Shown one piece after another: positions 59,954 through 64,000 of a DNA stretch of 64,000 nt (its first letter is position 1; every line of letters starts with the position of its first letter). The notes beneath the pieces were generated by a model. It ran no database searches, was not told the DNA's origin, and was given only the letters and a program-made list of their open reading frames with translations. A program made the position numbers and the translations under genes. This DNA is from Tubulanus polymorphus (lineage: Eukaryota > Animalia > Nemertea), in contig NC_134025.1 of NCBI RefSeq assembly GCF_964204645.1, forward strand, positions 5,592,871-5,656,870, read 5' to 3'.

Positions 59954-62749
59954 CTGAAAGATGAAATAACAGTTTCAATTTTCTAGAAGATAAATTTTTT
60001 AGCAATGATAAGTTGTTTTCCAAGAAAATGGATTGAATTTTTACCTTTGACGATAAAGTAATTAACGAGACGCGTCGTTTACCACTTGAAGCATCTGAGA
60101 CAGTACTAGACCTACATGTAGTTGGTTTCCTTGAAAAAATATGAAATCACAATCATACATTTGTTAAACAAATCAATGGTCAATTTCTTAATTCCAAACT
60201 AATGCTCACTGTACTATTTGAACATCTGGACTATCTGATGTTTGAGCACCGGGGATTTTAGTGTTTTCCTTTTGTTGTTCGACAGGTTCGAGCAATTTTA
60301 CGCTTTCAGTTGCTCCTTCCATCTAGAATTCAAAGGAGCTCATGAATAAACATCGAATCAGATATAAATTCTTTTTCACAATTAGTTAAGTACTTAGTTA
60401 AGATTTTTCTGAAAATTTGTTCACCTTTTTCAGATCATTTTCCTTTGTTTTCATCTTCTCTTCAGATTCTGACTGCGGTTTGTACGGTTTTCCTAATTCT
60501 CCCTCTTGAAACGATATGAAAGAACAATAGCCATCTGTCGAAGATATGGCTAATATTCTACCATCCGATGACCTAAAATTTAGATAATACCGACCAAGAA
60601 AACATAAAATCTGCCTTCCGACTAAATGCTAGCAGAATTTTAAACAAATGGAGATGCTCATACCAAGCCAAGTCACTGAGTTGATGGTAGTGAATATTTG
60701 TAACCCGAAGAAATGGAACCGCTTGCTGTGTGTCATACAGTAAAACTGCATCTTCAGTTGCAACGGCAAATATTATTCGGTATGGAAGACTGAAATAACG
60801 AAATCATTATATTAGCTCTTTAATAGATTAAGTTACGATAAATTTGCATGAAAGTTTAAACAGTAAGTATCTACCAAAATAACGATTGATATTTTTCCCA
60901 CTCTTTTCGATTATTGTTTTCCACATCTTCGGCTTTTTCTGGATAAAAAAAAGATATTTTACACTTTAAATTGATAATTGGAAAAGTAATTCTTTTTTCT
61001 AAATTTTACAAAAAAGGATCAATGCATAGAAAATGTTTTAATGAACATGTTAGAGCACATTCTACAAAATGTAGGTCTGTTTATTGACAGTTTGAATTGT
61101 ACACTAACCATCCTTTTGTCTGGGAATCTTCCGTAATTCAAATAGTACAGGCGAACATCTTACAATCAATGAAGCTTTACCATCGACAGGCAGATGTAGA
61201 GCTGGTCTGTTTAAAAACAACAGAAATCGATGCCAAAACCAATTCAAAGGGTGATGTCAAAAGATAATGTCAAAATACCATCATCCAAAAAACCCTAAGA
61301 ACTCACCGAGAAAATGATCCTCTTGTGAATATATATGAAGTGTTCAAAACTGAATCACCACTTTCGATACAACCGGCCGGGGTAATCAATAACTCTCCAT
61401 CAGGCGAAAAACACAACCGACGGAAAAATGATTTCATCGAATCGTCGTGAAACATTCTCGACAATTTCGATTTTCCTTTGTCGGCCGACGTGACGAGTTT
61501 CGTCACTTTTTGAATGCATTGTTTCGTATTGACATTGTATATTCTGCAACACCTGGAATATCATTGAAACCTAACTTAAGTTCATACATTTTATAGTAAA
61601 ACTACTACTTACGACAATCATTTATCATCTATGGATTAAAATTGTCTTACTTTCGGTGATTAATATTTACCTATCACAACTCAAAGTAGCTACGTATTGA
61701 TTCAAAGGATCCCACGCAACTCCCTGTACAAAACTCTTGTGTTCTTTCAGTATACTTATGCTTTTGCCTGAATTGAAGATAATGAATTCATGAAGGACTG
61801 GGTAATAAAATTAGACCGATAACCGACTGTTAGCCAGCGGCGAGTAACTCACCTTTTTTCACATCCCACATTATAGCGCTATTATCTACCGAACCAGAAA
61901 TTAGGAAATTACTGTCTGCCGACCAGCACAAATCATAGATATCCTCAATATGACCCCTGAAACGTTTAAACAAGACATCTCATCCCGAAATCAATTTTGC
62001 TGCAAATCGGAACATATTTCATTGGCAGATTTTAACATCGTAAATTCTCTAAATTTTCTATCCATTGAGTTAAACCAGGGCTAAAGTAATGATACACCAT
62101 CAAGTTATATATGGAACATTATTAACCTGAGGGTTTTGATAACACTCCAATTTTCCAAGTTCTCATCATCTTCGTCTTGAAATATACTCGGAGCGGCTGC
62201 ACTGTTGTCATTCTGTTGCCACAACAGTATCACAGAATCTACAAAGAACGACACAATGTATCAGAAGAGCGTTTTGAAAATATTGAGGGCGGCCTATTCT
62301 CAACTCACAAGATACCAAGTCTTGAAAGTATCTATTTTAATGAGACCCAACAGGTTGTTCACTTATTTTTTCAAAACAAAACAAGAAATTCAACTTACCA
62401 TCTCCACCAGATGCCAATATCTCACCTGAAATAAATTTTAAGAAAAAAACAATTAATACAATGCATCTATTAACTAAGAGTTTCGAGGAAAAATCCAATC
62501 AATCAGGCATATTTTACCATTTGGTGAAAATCTAACAGCATTCACTGCCCGTGTATGTCGTGTTAGAGTTGCCAGAAACTGAGTACAAGCTTGTCCTTCA
62601 TCATCAATTATAACTCGCCAGATACGGATATTCTTGTCGGTACCCGATGTCACCAATCTTGTGATTTCTCCGTTTTTATCGTGCTGAAAATCGATACTGT
62701 AGATCGGGTCTCTGTTATGCCATGAGATTTCTGGTGTTACCAACTTCAT
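59714..62749 (-). CDS. CHAF1B: Chromatin assembly factor 1 subunit B (CAF-1 p60, WD40) gene
   Basis: The N-terminus [36 protein letters not shown] and the internal block [47 protein letters not shown] closely match human CHAF1[23 protein letters not shown] and [18 protein letters not shown] are also conserved. Eleven exons mapped, and one C-terminal segment (about 60112-60424) is unresolved. Confidence 0.85.
60045..60111 (-). CDS. CHAF1B: CHAF1B penultimate exon (tentative; the exon upstream of it is unresolved)
   Basis: Good acceptor and donor (TCAAAGgtaaaa) and open frame [22 protein letters not shown] in phase with the last exon, but the preceding junction phase could not be reconciled. 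Confidence 0.35.
60425..60572 (-). CDS. CHAF1B: CHAF1B exon 10
   Basis: [50 protein letters not shown]. Confidence 0.75.
60664..60789 (-). CDS. CHAF1B: CHAF1B exon 9
   Basis: [42 protein letters not shown]. Confidence 0.75.
60876..60933 (-). CDS. CHAF1B: CHAF1B exon 8 (tentative)
   Basis: Phase-forced choice of acceptor. Poorly conserved segment. Confidence 0.4.
61109..61206 (-). CDS. CHAF1B: CHAF1B exon 7
   Basis: [33 protein letters not shown]. Confidence 0.7.
61307..61543 (-). CDS. CHAF1B: CHAF1B exon 6
   Basis: ...[51 protein letters not shown]. Confidence 0.8.
61671..61767 (-). CDS. CHAF1B: CHAF1B exon 5
   Basis: [32 protein letters not shown]. Confidence 0.75.
61853..61956 (-). CDS. 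CHAF1B: CHAF1B exon 4
   Basis: [35 protein letters not shown]. Confidence 0.75.
62127..62238 (-). CDS. CHAF1B: CHAF1B exon 3
   Basis: [37 protein letters not shown]. Confidence 0.75.
62399..62425 (-). CDS. CHAF1B: CHAF1B exon 2 (27-nt micro-exon)
   Basis: Encodes GEILASGGD, matching human [10 protein letters not shown]. Flanked by a tatttcag acceptor and GATGgtaagt donor. Confidence 0.7.
62518..62749 (-). CDS. CHAF1B: CHAF1B exon 1
   Basis: ATG at 62749, donor AATGgtaaaat. Confidence 0.85.
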
Positions 62750-63229
62750 TTTTCTGCAAAAAATATTATGTTCATTTCAATCTCATATTCATAATCAGCA
62801 CTCGGCCACAAAAAAGTAGGCCAGCAGCAACATTTTTGCTACTTGAGATAGACTTCACAAATAATACAACCCCGATGACGAAACAAAAGTAACTTCGGAA
62901 TTTGGACGTTGATAAGTACGCTAGGCAATAAAAATGTTTTTAGTTTCTGGGCGAAGAGTCTGGATCTGGATGATGAATGAAAAAAATGAAGAAGAAATGG
63001 ACTCGTCGTCGGCCGGCCCGCCGGGCACTTATTCAATAGAAAAACGTGTCCCCAAATTGCTTAAATTATAGACCGTTAAACTAATGTTGGTGTCTTTGGT
63101 ATCTTTATCGTTTTGTGTTTTGATTAATTACTGCTTTTATGAAGTTATCAAGGTAATTATTGGCAAAATCCTTTTGAATATTGAGCCTTAGTTCTTGGAA
63201 GTTAATACTAAATCGAGGAATTGATATCG

Positions 63230-63560
63230 GACTCACCAGCGACGGATATGAACAAGGACGTATGCCCGAAAGTCGCTACTCGCTTTCCTGAGTACAATTT
63301 GAGGATTATTCCCGGCCGCGATATCCTTTGATGATAAGAATCGATAGAATTTCCACTGGAGCCTGGGGCAACGATCCGAATCATAGATGCATAATTGTGT
63401 ATGTTGCTAAACACTATGGGTGATGGTGGATGGGTGCCCGAACAATTCCCAGCGAGAGGAGATTGTGCCCCGGCGCCGCCTGCATCCCGGCGTGAGTGAA
63501 GTCTGTGGGGCTGAAATCCATTACAACCTTGATACTTCTCTAAACCCATGAATATCACTA
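63230..63560. promoter_or_regulatory. GC-rich island between divergent CHAF1B (-) and unknown (+) gene starts; putative bidirectional promoter
   Basis: Local GC well above the window background, CpG-containing (ccggccgcg, ggcgccgcc, cccggcg). It overlaps a GC-driven 127-codon minus-strand ORF judged non-coding. Confidence 0.35.
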
Positions 63561-63766
63561 CAACTTCGAAGCCCTTCATTCCATTTTTCAAGCGAAAAAA
63601 CTACTTTTCAAAAGCATTGAGGTTCAAACAATTCAGAATTGGGACAGCGCATTGAAACTAAGCAGTAGTATATAATATATAAGCAGGCAGTCACGATTTT
63701 CAATATCGCTTGCTTTTCGAAAATGTTAGTAAACTCCCCATAAAAGCAGAATTTGAGAATTGGAAA

Positions 63767-63784
63767 ATGGATATGAACCAAAAG
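63767..63784 (+). CDS. Unknown gene, putative first coding micro-exon (MDMNQK)
   Basis: ATG followed by perfect donor AAGgtaagc. Divergent from CHAF1B across a GC-rich island. Confidence 0.3.
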
Positions 63785-63877
63785 GTAAGCGCACACAACG
63801 CGTAAATGCCTGGAGAATACTCTGTGATGATAGGTTTCTATACTTTAGATATTTTGGGTGATTTGTTTCTTTTTAAG

Positions 63878-64000
63878 TTCATCGATGCAAAAAATGCTGG
63901 CAAAAAAGACAAAGATGAAAGTGGAACTTTAAATCCAGCGTTTAACGAGCACGATTCTTCGTTCTCTAACGACGATGTAGGAGTGGAGTCCGTTAATATG
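63878..64000 (+). CDS. Unknown gene, exon 2 (partial, runs off window)
   Basis: Acceptor ttttaag. Open frame FIDAKNAGKKDKDESGTLNPAFNEHDSSFSNDDVGVESVNM continues to the window end. Confidence 0.3.

Noticed and set aside
63208-63591. 127-codon minus-strand ORF between the CHAF1B start and the divergent gene start.
   Set aside because: Gly/Ala/Pro/Ser-rich translation driven by GC-rich composition, sitting in a promoter position. More likely non-coding promoter/UTR sequence.

Overview
This is eukaryotic (metazoan, most likely invertebrate) nuclear DNA, AT-rich (about one-third GC), with spliced genes, mostly short (about 45-110 nt) GT-AG introns and (TA)n/(TGTA)n microsatellites. Nothing in it looks prokaryotic: no operons, CRISPR array, rRNA genes or convincing tRNA genes. 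The layout is as follows.

- **1-22.3 kb:** a gene-poor, non-coding-looking stretch with a roughly 350-bp compound microsatellite.
- **22.4-38.2 kb (+):** a complete, compact 36-exon gene for a ROS1/sevenless-family receptor tyrosine kinase. It encodes a signal peptide, alternating FN3 domains and YWTD beta-propellers, a transmembrane helix, an intact kinase domain ([24 protein letters not shown]) and an unusually long acidic/Ser-rich C-terminal tail.
- **43.5-46.6 kb (+):** two small unrecognised genes, one intronless and basic with a TATA box plus Inr-like promoter, the other a two-exon gene for a disordered Ser-rich protein.
- **47.3-57.3 kb (-):** the complete DNA polymerase theta gene (POLQ, mus308-like) in 24 exons, comprising the superfamily-2 helicase domain, a 2.16-kb central exon and the A-family polymerase domain. 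It lies convergent with the RTK gene.
- **58.4-59.1 kb:** a roughly 616-bp MITE-like element with terminal inverted repeats of about 45 bp, a target-site duplication of about 10 bp and internal palindromic tandem sub-repeats.
- **59.7-62.7 kb (-):** the gene for chromatin assembly factor 1 p60 (CHAF1B), a WD40 protein, in tandem upstream of POLQ.
- **from 63.8 kb (+):** the 5' end of an unknown gene, separated from CHAF1B by a GC-rich island.

RTK exons and most POLQ exons were placed by translating across GT-AG junctions with consistent codon phase, and most boundaries were cross-checked against the supplied ORF coordinates. Exons not overlapped by a listed ORF may be off by a nucleotide or two. 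I found no novel defence-type or prokaryote-style system. The more interesting items are the lineage-specific features of the RTK and POLQ genes, the two unrecognised small genes, the MITE between CHAF1B and POLQ, and a few compositionally odd islands.
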